From contig OY782781.1 of the NCBI GenBank assembly GCA_963678315.1, positions 1,472,001 through 1,536,000 of the forward strand: a stretch of DNA of 64,000 nt, given 5' to 3'. How positions within the stretch are numbered: position 1 is the stretch's first letter; every line of letters begins with the position of its first letter. Of the stretch, positions 10,239 through 20,158 are shown piece after piece. The position numbers were made by a program, and so were the translations under genes. Source of the DNA: Candidatus Cloacimonadales bacterium (GTDB lineage: Bacteria > Cloacimonadota > Cloacimonadia > Cloacimonadales > JAFGVF01). The notes below the pieces were generated by a model. It saw only the letters and a list, made by a program, of their open reading frames with translations. It made no database searches and had not been told where the DNA came from.

Positions 10239-12020
10239 CTATTTAGGTCCAATTACTAAACAGAATCTGTAATTATCTCTATAAACATTTCTTTTCATTG
10301 CTTCGTAAAATAAATCAGTTGTGGAGGGACTTCTCATAAACCCATTACTATATCTTGGTGAATAAACCATCTTATAATCATATAGAGAAACATACTTAGG
10401 ATTAATGAGGTAGTCTGTTTCATTGATTTTCTCAATATCTTCGGGGTTAATAAATGTTGAAAAACTATCAAAACTATCGTCAGTTAGAAAGACATTGAAC
10501 ATCTCATTCCTGAAAGGAAGTCGATAGCCAATTTTATCAGGGTGATAAATAATTTTATTGTTAGAAAAAGTATAACATTCTTCTAAACCTGATTCTAAAC
10601 TAAGTTTATTGCATAGTTTCATAATCTCTGAAGGTATAATATCATAACATAAATCATCAGGGAAATCATTAGACCATAAATCAGGAGAAATAAAATATGA
10701 GTGTATTACACTATAGTTGCTATCTACTATGCCATCTTTATTAGTATTAGTATTATCATTCATTGAATTATAATATGGAACATATCTGAAATCTTTTACT
10801 ATTTCTGCATCAATAAATGAATATTTTTTCCGAGTTACAAAATCTTTATAGAAATAATTTTTATATTCTGGAATAATTGTTAGAATAGTATTATCACTAA
10901 TCATTAAGGGAAGGGTATAGATATTGGACTTCTTAGTCGGTATAGAAGCATCTAATGTATAATATAGTCTAACATCTTCTTTATCAGTATTGATAGATAT
11001 TATTTGAGATTCTTTATAAATACCAGTTTCAACTGAACAAGTAATTTTTGGTATATCAGTTCTTACTAATCTAAAACCTACATCTTTATAAGCTTTATCA
11101 ATTTGAATCCCTTCTCTATAGGAAGTTGTACATGCTAAACTATCACTATTAAAAGAACCGCCTTTTATAACTACAAGCTTGTTAGCCTCTATCAATGAAT
11201 CATATTTATTATTGGGGTCAGCATAGTCTTCTATGTAATTAAAACATAACTCTGCTACATTACCAGACATATCATATAGACCAATCTCATTAGCTTGCTT
11301 TTGTTTCGAAAGGATAGAATTACTGCTATTTTGTTGAGCGAAATTATTTCCATAAATAGCAACTTTATCAATATCATTTGATCCTGAGAACTTTAAATTG
11401 TAATCTGGCTTACCACTCATAGCAGCTAGAGTCCATTCACTTTCGTCAGGAAGTCTATAACCATTAGCATACTTGTTAACAAAGATATTTCTTAGTAAGT
11501 TTTCAGTAGTTTGATGATCTTGCCTAAATTGAGTAATATTTTCATATCCGAAATTTAAGACACTTATATCAACTTTAATTAACGCACTATAATATGCTTT
11601 AGAAGAAAAGAAATCATCACCTATTTTTGTTGATTGATTATAAACAGGATCTAATCCTTTTTTAATACTTTCGATATTACATTTTTTTAAACAGTCGATT
11701 AAAGAGAGTCCTCTTACAGGTTCAGTTGTTGTTATTGATGCTTCCTTTTGGGAGTTATTTCTCGAAGAGAGATTTTGTTTTAAAAATTCTGTTTTACTTA
11801 TATAAAAAGGGTCAATTTCAACAGTTTCATTAGCTTGATAATTAGCATTTATTTTAGATATTGGGAGTTTTGCTGAATTAATTAGAACAAAATCATCACA
11901 TTGTTTATATTTCTTCTCTCCTTTAATATATGTTAAGTTATAATGATTGAGAAAATAATAGTCAAGGGCTAATAGAATAAATACTATACTTAGAATTATA
12001 CACAAAGTTACTTTTTTCAT
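10239..12020 (-). CDS. FGE/SUMF1-domain protein with chitobiase-C-terminal/Fn3-associated domain and a degenerate second FGE domain
   Basis: NGYRLPDESEW, NEIGLYDMSGNVAE, KGGSF, VGFRLVR, YYTLDASIPT; start moved to ATG 12020 (ATGA overlap with upstream stop). Confidence 0.85.
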   Translation of the reverse strand: MKKVTLCIILSIVFILLALDYYFLNHYNLTYIKGEKKYKQCDDFVLINSAKLPISKINANYQANETVEIDPFYISKTEFLKQNLSSRNNSQKEASITTTEPVRGLSLIDCLKKCNIESIKKGLDPVYNQSTKIGDDFFSSKAYYSALIKVDISVLNFGYENITQFRQDHQTTENLLRNIFVNKYANGYRLPDESEWTLAAMSGKPDYNLKFSGSNDIDKVAIYGNNFAQQNSSNSILSKQKQANEIGLYDMSGNVAELCFNYIEDYADPNNKYDSLIEANKLVVIKGGSFNSDSLACTTSYREGIQIDKAYKDVGFRLVRTDIPKITCSVETGIYKESQIISINTDKEDVRLYYTLDASIPTKKSNIYTLPLMISDNTILTIIPEYKNYFYKDFVTRKKYSFIDAEIVKDFRYVPYYNSMNDNTNTNKDGIVDSNYSVIHSYFISPDLWSNDFPDDLCYDIIPSEIMKLCNKLSLESGLEECYTFSNNKIIYHPDKIGYRLPFRNEMFNVFLTDDSFDSFSTFINPEDIEKINETDYLINPKYVSLYDYKMVYSPRYSNGFMRSPSTTDLFYEAMKRNVYRDNYRFCLVIGPK

Positions 12021-12778
12021 TTCTCTTCCCAAGTAAATATTAGATCATGATATGGCAGAAAATCAGTTTTTTTCATAATATATAAATCGTTTGTTTGACC
12101 AGTTTTAAGATTTTTATTAAGATCTAGGTAATTGCTATGAAAAACATAGCCTTTAGGTAAAGTGATGGAAATGATACTCTCTTCAAGTGGTTTATTCCAA
12201 GATTTAGTGCTTTCAAGAATATATTTGCCCTTGTTGTTAACAGCTTTGTGGGTATATTCTATGATTAATTCACAGCTTTTACTTAAAGAAAAGTCTAATT
12301 CAATATATATTTCATTAGGGTTTGAATCATTGTTAGTTAAGAGTTTATTCTTGCCCATATGGCTACTTTTAAGTAGTTTAGAATCTTCTTCTTTGGCTAA
12401 ACTTGAATCAATAAGCACAGATTTGTTGTAGTAGGTTCGCTTATTAATTGAAATAAAATCTATCTCAATATCACCATAGTTTTGAGCTATAGGGTAGATG
12501 ATTGTCTCTGGATTGTAGTTTATGTTATTTGGATCAAAACCTCTTGTTAGAGAAACATATCTATCTATTGTAAATATATATTTCCCAGCAACTTTTACTT
12601 CATTATCTTGAGTTATTCTTATATCAACTTGCTCACTCACAAAAGATAAATTTTGTTTTATGTCAGGGGCAATAGGGTTAGTTAAAATAATTGAAACGCT
12701 TGTAATTAGGAATACACATAGCAAAACTCTTTTAATAAAACTGCTAGTTAAATAGAACCAAACTCTTTCTTTTAACAT
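12017..12778 (-). CDS. Exported hypothetical protein (DUF4424-like)
   Basis: N-terminal hydrophobic segment; LSFVSEQVDI and YILESTKSWNKPLE resemble DUF4424 motifs. Confidence 0.55.
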   Translation of the reverse strand: MLKERVWFYLTSSFIKRVLLCVFLITSVSIILTNPIAPDIKQNLSFVSEQVDIRITQDNEVKVAGKYIFTIDRYVSLTRGFDPNNINYNPETIIYPIAQNYGDIEIDFISINKRTYYNKSVLIDSSLAKEEDSKLLKSSHMGKNKLLTNNDSNPNEIYIELDFSLSKSCELIIEYTHKAVNNKGKYILESTKSWNKPLEESIISITLPKGYVFHSNYLDLNKNLKTGQTNDLYIMKKTDFLPYHDLIFTWEEK

Positions 12779-12968
12779 AATTACTCCTGTTTGTATCTTT
12801 ATGGAATAATCCTATGTTAGTAAAGAATAACTTAGCTGTCAATGAAAAAAAGAATAAACTTATTGTCTAAGTTAAAGAATAAGAAGCATTTGACGTATGT
12901 TAAATAAGTTGTTGATTGTTTTATAATCCTAGCTTAGACTGTTGGTCAGCCTTCAAAGAAGACTTACA

Positions 12969-13805
12969 CTATTCAACAAGTTTTAATTTCTCGCCAAGTA
13001 ACCATTTCTCAATCATCTCAGAATTTAGTGTTTTTCCTAAGATTACTTCCTTTGCTCTAGTCAATGGGTTGTTCGATTCAAAAGTATCAGAAGTAACACT
13101 AAATGGGGGATTATCGTAAGATGAATGAACAAATCTAAAGTATTCTTTACCATCATAAACAATAAAGCCTACATGTCCGACTGGTCCTAAACCGACCACA
13201 TAGATCCCTTTACCTTTTTTCTTTAATTGTTTTTTTAGTTTATTTGTAGTAAAATTCTGGATATAAAGAATATCTTCTGCATTTGCAAAGTTCTTAACTA
13301 TACCTTCAGGATTTTGCCAGGCTATTTTGTAGCGTTCAATTTTAAATCCCATTCCATAAACAGGCATGGTTAGAAAATAACCACAAGCTATTCTGTTTTT
13401 ATCATTTTCATCAGCATTCACTATCGGATATTTCCCTTTTTTAGGAACTTGGCTAATTCCATTAAAATCCCATTCAGTACCGTACCAGGCAGGGAAAACA
13501 TCTTTGACCATATAATTAAAGAGGGAATCTTGACATACTTGAATAATCTCTTTCCTAATGCTGTCATTTTGACCTGCAGTAAAGAGTCTGCTTTGCTCTG
13601 ATCTGAAATCATCAATCTGCTTCATAAGATCTGTGTAGCTAAGCTTATATCTTGGCTTATCATAGTCTGAATAGTCAATACTTAGTAGAGAATCAGTCTC
13701 TTGTAAGTCTGGATTATCTTGTTTATCGCAAGCTATAGTAACGAATACAAGCTTTAATATAAGAACTATAAGAAGGACTCTTTTGCTAAGAATATTCATT
13801 TTCAA
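12969..13805 (-). CDS. Lipoprotein with NlpC/P60-like papain-fold motifs
   Basis: Lipobox TIAC; W.GT.WDFNG, IACGYF (Cys), GHVGFI (His), FVHSS; start TTG 13805 or ATG 13799. Confidence 0.6.
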   Translation of the reverse strand: MKMNILSKRVLLIVLILKLVFVTIACDKQDNPDLQETDSLLSIDYSDYDKPRYKLSYTDLMKQIDDFRSEQSRLFTAGQNDSIRKEIIQVCQDSLFNYMVKDVFPAWYGTEWDFNGISQVPKKGKYPIVNADENDKNRIACGYFLTMPVYGMGFKIERYKIAWQNPEGIVKNFANAEDILYIQNFTTNKLKKQLKKKGKGIYVVGLGPVGHVGFIVYDGKEYFRFVHSSYDNPPFSVTSDTFESNNPLTRAKEVILGKTLNSEMIEKWLLGEKLKLVE

Positions 13806-13826
13806 GGAGTATTTTTCCTATACATG

Positions 13827-15383
13827 TTAATCTACAATAGCAATAACACGGTAGAACAACTTGGAATTACTTGGATTATAATGAATGAAATATGTGTTAG
13901 AAGTAGTGCTTGAGCTATTTATAACAGAAAAATCTACATCTTCGCTCCATTCTACTCTGTATGATATTTCCTCATTGCTTATATCATTGCCTTGAATATC
14001 TTGAAGAACACTATCCCAGTCTAATCTTATATTAGAGCTGTTTCTTGTAACAATGAGATTACTAGCTTCTAAAGGGTTTGTATATTGAGCAGGAACTGTA
14101 AAAGATAGATTTTGTAGAGAACCATATTCACCTCTACCTGAAGCAAGAAGGCTTCCATCATCAAGTGTTATAGTCCAAGAATTTTCCTGCCCCCATCCAT
14201 CATTCTCAGTATAAGTGTAATCGTAGTCTCCAGGAGCTAAATAAAAAGTAGTTCTTCCTTCTGAACCACCAGAAAGTGTAATTATTGCTCCGTTGAAGTT
14301 AAGATAATTCTGGTCACCATTATTAGTCCATCCATCTCCATAAGAATCAAATAGGTCGAAGTGAACAGCAATATCACCATTATTAACATTTGGACCTAAC
14401 TCAATTACGCTGACTGCATATTGAGCCATTTCGTAATACATTCCACCCCATTGCATGGTATGAGTTGAATAATCCCATGTGTTGTTAATATAAATTTCTT
14501 CAGTTGCTGAATTGTAGCCAATGCCTAGCATTGTATGACCTTCTACATGAATTAAGACAGGCCTGTCATTATCTATTTCTTGCATGAATTGAGCAAAAGT
14601 AAAACCCTCTGTAGCTCCATCATAACCGTTAATCAACTGATTATAGTTGCTATTAACTTGGTAACCACGTGACTCAATAAACTGCTTTAATCCTCTTGTA
14701 CCATCTTTCTTTCTTGGGCTATCATCTTCTCCACCAGTAAAATCATGCAAAGCATAACCTGAATTATTAGTATAGAATGTGGTAGCACCATCTGTATTAT
14801 TCCAGTACTTTTGGTTTGTTCCCATAAAATCACCAGTACAATCTCCTAGTTCATGCTGATTCCAGCCATTAGTCATGTAGGGATCATCTGCTGTTGAGTT
14901 GAAGGTAACCCAATAATCTTCAACATGACCTCTAATAGTTCTACCATCGATTCCTTGATTAGTTGCACTTAATGGACATTCTCCATCGCCACCTTCTCCT
15001 CCAGAACCTGCATTCCAAATACTATTATCTAAGGGCATTACACCATTATTAGTCGGACCTGTGTACATGTTTGGATAACCATTTCTATCATAGTAAGCCA
15101 TCATCATGGCGGCAGCAGTTGCAGAACAACCATAAGACCAGTCATAGGAAGGAACATCACTAATAATAGTGACATTTCTAGTATTGAGAAGTTGCTCCAT
15201 ATCTACAGAATCACTATCTCGGACATATCCTTTGGGTGGTCTTCCTGCAGGTACTTGTACTGCAATAATCTCATTACCGCTTCTATCGTTTTTTCTATCA
15301 ACTATAAATTTATCTAAAGGCTTTAGCCCTAAAGCTAAACCCATAATGTTAACTAAACAAATTATTAATATTATCTTTTTCAT
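13827..15383 (-). CDS. Exported papain-fold cysteine peptidase (C10/C39-like) with FN3-like C-terminal domain
   Basis: Signal peptide MKKIILII; WSYGCSATAAAM (Cys), EGHTMLGIGY (His), INNTW (Asn). Confidence 0.75.
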   Translation of the reverse strand: MKKIILIICLVNIMGLALGLKPLDKFIVDRKNDRSGNEIIAVQVPAGRPPKGYVRDSDSVDMEQLLNTRNVTIISDVPSYDWSYGCSATAAAMMMAYYDRNGYPNMYTGPTNNGVMPLDNSIWNAGSGGEGGDGECPLSATNQGIDGRTIRGHVEDYWVTFNSTADDPYMTNGWNQHELGDCTGDFMGTNQKYWNNTDGATTFYTNNSGYALHDFTGGEDDSPRKKDGTRGLKQFIESRGYQVNSNYNQLINGYDGATEGFTFAQFMQEIDNDRPVLIHVEGHTMLGIGYNSATEEIYINNTWDYSTHTMQWGGMYYEMAQYAVSVIELGPNVNNGDIAVHFDLFDSYGDGWTNNGDQNYLNFNGAIITLSGGSEGRTTFYLAPGDYDYTYTENDGWGQENSWTITLDDGSLLASGRGEYGSLQNLSFTVPAQYTNPLEASNLIVTRNSSNIRLDWDSVLQDIQGNDISNEEISYRVEWSEDVDFSVINSSSTTSNTYFIHYNPSNSKLFYRVIAIVD

Positions 15384-15492
15384 TTTTAACCTCTTTACCA
15401 ATATTAATTCTTTAAAGAGTCATGGCAATAAAAAAGATATTAATATTTCTTGAAGGAGGATTATTAGTTTACTTTCCTCACTCTTCACTTCT

Positions 15493-15616
15493 CCCACGAT
15501 TGAAATCATGGGCTCTTAGAAGATATGTCCTTTCAGGACAAAGCAAGAGAGACGTTTTGCGAAACGTCTCTGTAAGAATATTCAGTGTTGTAGGGGCAGA
15601 TGACATAGCCCCTACA
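15493..15616. repeat. Cluster of four different REP-like hairpins
   Basis: CCCACGATTGAAATCATGGG 15493-15512; TGTCCTTTCAGGACA (also at 18158-18172); AGAGACGTTT-tgcg-AAACGTCTCT 15548-15571; TGTAGGGGC-N10-GCCCCTACA 15589-15616. Confidence 0.75.
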
Positions 15617-15644
15617 GAATTTCAATTTGCTTTACGACTATGGT

Positions 15645-15775
15645 TTATGGCTTACGGACAATGCGGAAGCCTATATCGTAGAAGTTGAAAGCAGGATCGT
15701 GGTAGCCACGATTAGCAACACGGCAGCCGGAAGAACCATAGAACCAGCAACCACCACCTAAGATACGGTAATACC
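15645..15775 (-). other. Putative DGR variable region (VR)
   Basis: Last ~40 codons almost all NNY, five Arg codons all CGY, spacing matches an AAC/AAT-rich template; hairpins just downstream. Confidence 0.55.
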
Positions 15776-16727
15776 CACTAGAAGGGCCTGTCGGATTAGT
15801 TTGAGCTGATGAAGAGTATGAACCATTCCAGTCATTACACCATTCCCATACATTACCTGACATATCATATAAGCCTAGTTGATTAGGTAGCTTTGTTCCA
15901 ACCACTTTAGTTCCATATTGTGGTGTTCCATAAGACCCATTGTTAGTAGAATACCAGGCATAGTTGGTTAATTCAGATTCTATATTTGTCCCTGAATATT
16001 GATTATATCCACTTGCTGGCTCTTGATTACCACCTTTAGCTGCATACATCCACTCCATCTCTGTTGGAAGTCTATAACCATTAGCAGTAAAATCACAAGA
16101 CCAATCCGATGTATCATAACATGGTGTTAAGCCTTCTTGAAGACTTCTAGTATTGCAATACTCAACTGCATTATACCATGTAACATAGTAGACAGGATAA
16201 TCAATTCCGACCCCATAATCATTAGCAGGATTAGAACCGATAACAGCCTCATATTCAGCTTGAGTAACTTCATTCTTAGACATATAGAAATCACTTAAGG
16301 TAACATCAGCTGTACCATTGTTGAAGGTGCCACCTGTTATATATACAAGTGATTCAACTTCTTCTGCTCCGAGAGGATTAGTAGGAACAAGAGGATTATC
16401 ACGAGCAATAAGTTTAATTTTGTATTGATTTCCACTAGTAATTCCATCTTCTGAAGGGGTCCAGTTGATAACCTTATCTATACCAGGAGATACTTCATTT
16501 CCTACATGGCCTGATAATGCTGTTGGATAGATATCGTAGTTTGCACCATTATCTTGAGAAACTAGAACTATCACTTGACACTGCCCATCAGCTTGCAAAT
16601 CGTAGACAATTTCAACATTCCCAGATTGTGGAGTAACTTGAATATTTGAGATAACAGGTGAAGCAGCATATACAAATGATATTGCAAACACTAAAGATAT
16701 TAATAATAGATATTTTTTCATACTCAC
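15645..16727 (-). CDS. Exported FGE/SUMF1 (C-type lectin fold) protein with N-terminal Ig-like domain; candidate DGR target
   Basis: Signal peptide; EVTQAEY, NGYRLPTEMEW, PNQLGLYDMSGNVWEWC, IGFRIVR; start GTG 16727 or ATG 16721. Confidence 0.9.
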   Translation of the reverse strand: MSMKKYLLLISLVFAISFVYAASPVISNIQVTPQSGNVEIVYDLQADGQCQVIVLVSQDNGANYDIYPTALSGHVGNEVSPGIDKVINWTPSEDGITSGNQYKIKLIARDNPLVPTNPLGAEEVESLVYITGGTFNNGTADVTLSDFYMSKNEVTQAEYEAVIGSNPANDYGVGIDYPVYYVTWYNAVEYCNTRSLQEGLTPCYDTSDWSCDFTANGYRLPTEMEWMYAAKGGNQEPASGYNQYSGTNIESELTNYAWYSTNNGSYGTPQYGTKVVGTKLPNQLGLYDMSGNVWEWCNDWNGSYSSSAQTNPTGPSSGYYRILGGGCWFYGSSGCRVANRGYHDPAFNFYDIGFRIVRKP

Positions 16728-16730
16728 GCC

Positions 16731-17456
16731 CTATTTTACCAAGATAGCTTTTTTGACTTGATTTTTTAATGAACTATTCATTCTAATTAAATATATTCCA
16801 GAAGAACAATCTTTACCATTCATATTTTTACCATTCCAAACTACATTATGAAATCCTTCTGCATAAGTTTCATCAGTTAGTATATTAATTAACTGTCCTT
16901 TAATATTGTAAATTTCCAATTTTACATTACTTGATTCAGCTAAGTAAAACTTAATAGATGTACTTGGATTAAAGGGATTAGGATATATACTTTCTAATGA
17001 AGTAAATTGAGGAATAGTAAAATCTTCTACGTCATGATTTTCTTGTACTGTAACTTGTACAGGACCGAAGAATTCATTGCAACTATAGCCAACGCTTTTG
17101 ATCCAGTAATAGTAAGTCTTTTCAGATTCTATTTCAGAATCATGATAAGAATAGTTATTGGTTAAATTAGTGTTATTTGCAAATATGATATCAGAGTTAA
17201 TATTTTCAGCTGCATCTAAGTTCTCTGATTCAGATCTGTAAATGTGATAACCAACTAAGTTTGATTCGCTTTGAGTAGTCCAATTAATAGCAATTGCATC
17301 ATTGCTAACATTTGGAATTGCCATAAATGATGAAAGTGATACTGGTAAAGTTTCATCACTGATTGCAAAAACAGAGGATTCAACAAAACCTGTTAATGAA
17401 AATAGCATACCAGTAGTTAGTAACATAAGTAAAGTAAATATGAAGTTCTTCTTCAT
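16731..17456 (-). CDS. Exported protein made essentially of an FN3-like domain and an FlgD-Ig (T9SS-CTD-like) domain
   Basis: Signal peptide, LPVSLSSF..W.TQSE.NL.GY.IYR, YPNPFNPSTSIKF..IYNIKGQLI..WNG..SSGIY. Confidence 0.85.
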   Translation of the reverse strand: MKKNFIFTLLMLLTTGMLFSLTGFVESSVFAISDETLPVSLSSFMAIPNVSNDAIAINWTTQSESNLVGYHIYRSESENLDAAENINSDIIFANNTNLTNNYSYHDSEIESEKTYYYWIKSVGYSCNEFFGPVQVTVQENHDVEDFTIPQFTSLESIYPNPFNPSTSIKFYLAESSNVKLEIYNIKGQLINILTDETYAEGFHNVVWNGKNMNGKDCSSGIYLIRMNSSLKNQVKKAILVK

Positions 17457-17726
17457 TTTTTTCTCCTTCTTGCATTATATTCAACCTAGATTTATTTTTT
17501 AGGAGTTATGTATAACCAAAGCATAAAAACTATCTAATATTATAACAATATTCTTTTCTGTAAAGAATTTTTTTAATATATGCTAAAAATAAAATGTAAA
17601 GCATTTACAAGTTTGCATAGTGTATCTGATAGATTTTTAAAAATATCTAGGAGTGCATGCTGAAGTTTCGACCTGTCACACTCTTAGCATGCATAAGAAG
17701 AACGTTCGTTCATCTCTAAAGTTTGT

Positions 17727-18236
17727 GTAAGCATGAACTATGTTCAACCTATCGGCGGATGCTTACACTCCATCTTGTCCAGTCCTAAATAATTTGACTG
17801 TTTTTCGTGTTATTCGTGCTTTTCGTGGTAAACTTTTCTGTTTGCAGATAAAGCTTAGCCTTTATGTCGCCCTTTCAGGGCTTTTTTTATTTTTTAACTA
17901 TTACATGGAGGGCAAGCCTCCATGCTTAGTATATGCCACCCCTTCGGGGTTTTTATGGATAGCATCTCCTCACTCCTTGTCCAGTCCTAAATAATTTGAC
18001 TGTTTTTCGTGTTATTCGTGCTTTTCGTGGTAAACTTCTCTGTTTGCAGATAAAGCTTAGCCTTTATGTCGCCCTTTTAGGGCTTTTTTTATTTTTTAAC
18101 TATTACATGGAGGGCAAGCCTCCATGCTTAGTATATGCCACCCCTTCGGGACCAAAATGTCCTTTCAGGACAAAGCAAGGTATTTGCGTAAGCATGAACT
18201 ATGTTCAACCTATCGGTGGATGCTTACACTCCATCT
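17727..18236. repeat. Composite REP/BIME-like array
   Basis: 175-bp direct repeats 17774-17948 and 17976-18150 (period 202) bracketed by 49-bp repeats 17727-17775 and 18188-18236; internal hairpins GCCCTTTCAGGGC, CATGGAGGGCAAGCCTCCATG, CCCCTTCGGGG. Confidence 0.9.
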
Positions 18237-18415
18237 CTCTCCTTACTTCTAACTGCTAACTTAAGTGTCTCATTGAAAAATTGGCTTTTTTTCAAAGAGG
18301 CAAGTAAGGATGACCTTAATTACACAAGACAAGAGATAGAGAATAAGATAAAGCTTGACTTATTATGATTACAATCTAGAGGTAATATAAAAACAGATTT
18401 AACGGGAGTTAGCTT

Positions 18416-18988
18416 ATGGCAAAACTTGTAACAAGGAAGAAGATACTCACAGCGGCAGAGAATTTATTTGCTAAGAATGGGTATGATGGAGTTCCAACAA
18501 AGCTGATAGCACAAGAAGCTGGTGTAACGGAAATGACTCTTTTTAATCATTTCCATACCAAAGAGAATCTTTACAGGACAGTAGTGACCGAAAGGTTTAT
18601 GTCTTTTGAAATTGAATCAACCTTTAGTGAATTAACATATAATGATTTGGAAGCAGATTTGAAAGTTATAACAGACCATCAGATAAAGAATTTCTTGGAT
18701 AATAAGCACATTTTAATGATGCGTCTCAAGGAGAGGGAGAGTTTCTTAGAAGATGATAATTTCAAATTAGAGCATGATCCAATGTTTAAGCAGATACTAC
18801 CTTTCTTCAAAGTATATGAAGAGAAGGGCTTAGTAAATAGACCAGGTGAGAATGTAGCTTTATCTTTTATTGCTACTTTAAAAGGCATTCTATATGTTTC
18901 GCTGATTGAGGATAAGACCAGTCAATATATTGAAAGCTTTGTTAGTGATTATATTAACATCTTTTGTTGCGGGGTTTTGGTAAAATAA
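18416..18988 (+). CDS. TetR/AcrR family transcriptional regulator
   Basis: ILTAAENLFAKNGYDGVPTKLIAQEAGVTEMTLFNHFHTKENL helix-turn-helix. Confidence 0.93.
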   Translation: MAKLVTRKKILTAAENLFAKNGYDGVPTKLIAQEAGVTEMTLFNHFHTKENLYRTVVTERFMSFEIESTFSELTYNDLEADLKVITDHQIKNFLDNKHILMMRLKERESFLEDDNFKLEHDPMFKQILPFFKVYEEKGLVNRPGENVALSFIATLKGILYVSLIEDKTSQYIESFVSDYINIFCCGVLVK

Positions 18989-19134
18989 GGGAAAGCACAT
19001 ACAAACATAATGAATCTTGATGGCTTGAAGCAAATGATTCTTTTGTAAGAAAAACTTTGACCATAACAGTGTTAATTTTTGTTGACAGACTTGCACAACT
19101 TGAAGCTTTTTGTTAAGAAAAACTGGAGTTATCT

Positions 19135-20127
19135 ATGTCTATACCATTAGTTCATGTAAGTCGTGGGAAGATTATTGAATCTATTCACAGAGGGGATTTA
19201 GTAGTTGTTGATGGCAAAGGGGATGTAATATATTCCTTAGGTGATGAGGATAAACTTACTTACTTTCGTTCTTCTGCAAAACCAATACAGGCTATAAATA
19301 TAATTCTATCTGGAGCTTATGAAGCTTTTAACCTAAGTGAAAAGGAGTTAGCGGTATGCTGTTCTTCTCATTATGCAGAACCCTTTCACATTGAGGCGGT
19401 TCAGTCTATTTTAGATAAGATTGGACTTAACAAACATAATATTCTTGGGGGAATTGCACCATCACTTAATCCTAAAATCGCTTTAGAACAAGCAAGGGCT
19501 GGTATTGAGATAGATGAAAGATTTAGTGATTGTTCTGGTAAACAGTCAGGCATGCTAGCTGTTTGTCAGAAAAGAGGATACTCAGTGCATAATTATCTTA
19601 ATCCTGATCATCCATGTCAACAAGAGATCCTTAATAATATTGCTAGATTTTGTGAATATGATGCTAATCTAATTTCTATAGGGATTGATGGTTGTTCTGC
19701 ACCAGTTCATGCTCTTCCCATAAAGAATATGGCGATAGGCTTTAGAAATATTGCTAATCCTGAAAACCTAAGTGCAGAAGATAGACAGGCAAGCCAGCTA
19801 ATCTTTTCGGCTATGAATAATCATCCTGAAATGGTGTCAGGAACAGGAGGCTTTTGCACAGAATTAATTAAACACTCTAATGGAAAACTCATTGGAAAAG
19901 TTGGAGCTGAAGGTGTTTATTGTATCGGTGTTAAAGGTATGAATATTGCTATTGCTCTAAAGATAGAATCTGGTTCTATGGCTGTTATTCCTCCTGTAAT
20001 AATGAAAGTTCTTAAAGACTTAAATGTTCTTAATCAAAATGACATAAAGAATTTAAAGAAGTTTGTAGAAATAGATAATGTAAATGATAGAGGAACAGTA
20101 GTAGGGACGATTAAAGTAGCATTTTAG
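19135..20127 (+). CDS. L-asparaginase II family (Rhizobium etli-type) protein
   Basis: ESIHRG, RSSAKP, CSSH, CSGK, GIDGCSAP, GKVGAEG. Confidence 0.88.
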   Translation: MSIPLVHVSRGKIIESIHRGDLVVVDGKGDVIYSLGDEDKLTYFRSSAKPIQAINIILSGAYEAFNLSEKELAVCCSSHYAEPFHIEAVQSILDKIGLNKHNILGGIAPSLNPKIALEQARAGIEIDERFSDCSGKQSGMLAVCQKRGYSVHNYLNPDHPCQQEILNNIARFCEYDANLISIGIDGCSAPVHALPIKNMAIGFRNIANPENLSAEDRQASQLIFSAMNNHPEMVSGTGGFCTELIKHSNGKLIGKVGAEGVYCIGVKGMNIAIALKIESGSMAVIPPVIMKVLKDLNVLNQNDIKNLKKFVEIDNVNDRGTVVGTIKVAF

Positions 20128-20149
20128 AGACCTTCGACTGAAGGTCTCT
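20126..20149. terminator. Hairpin between convergent genes
   Basis: AGAGACCTTC-gact-GAAGGTCTCT. Confidence 0.6.
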
Positions 20150-20158
20150 CTTGATAAT

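Noticed and set aside
15422..15688. 88-aa + strand ORF
   Set aside because: Runs through REP hairpins and antisense to the FGE gene end
6865..17456. Complete DGR cassette in the window
   Set aside because: No reverse transcriptase, Avd or AAC-rich template repeat found; only a candidate target
17740..18259. 84-aa and 87-aa ORFs as duplicated small proteins
   Set aside because: They are translations of the palindromic repeat array, with no RBS and no recognisable motifs
19135..20127. DCSGKQ instead of NCSGKH in the asparaginase as a sign of new function
   Set aside because: The catalytic Ser/Lys and metal-binding Cys/Lys motifs are retained; too little evidence
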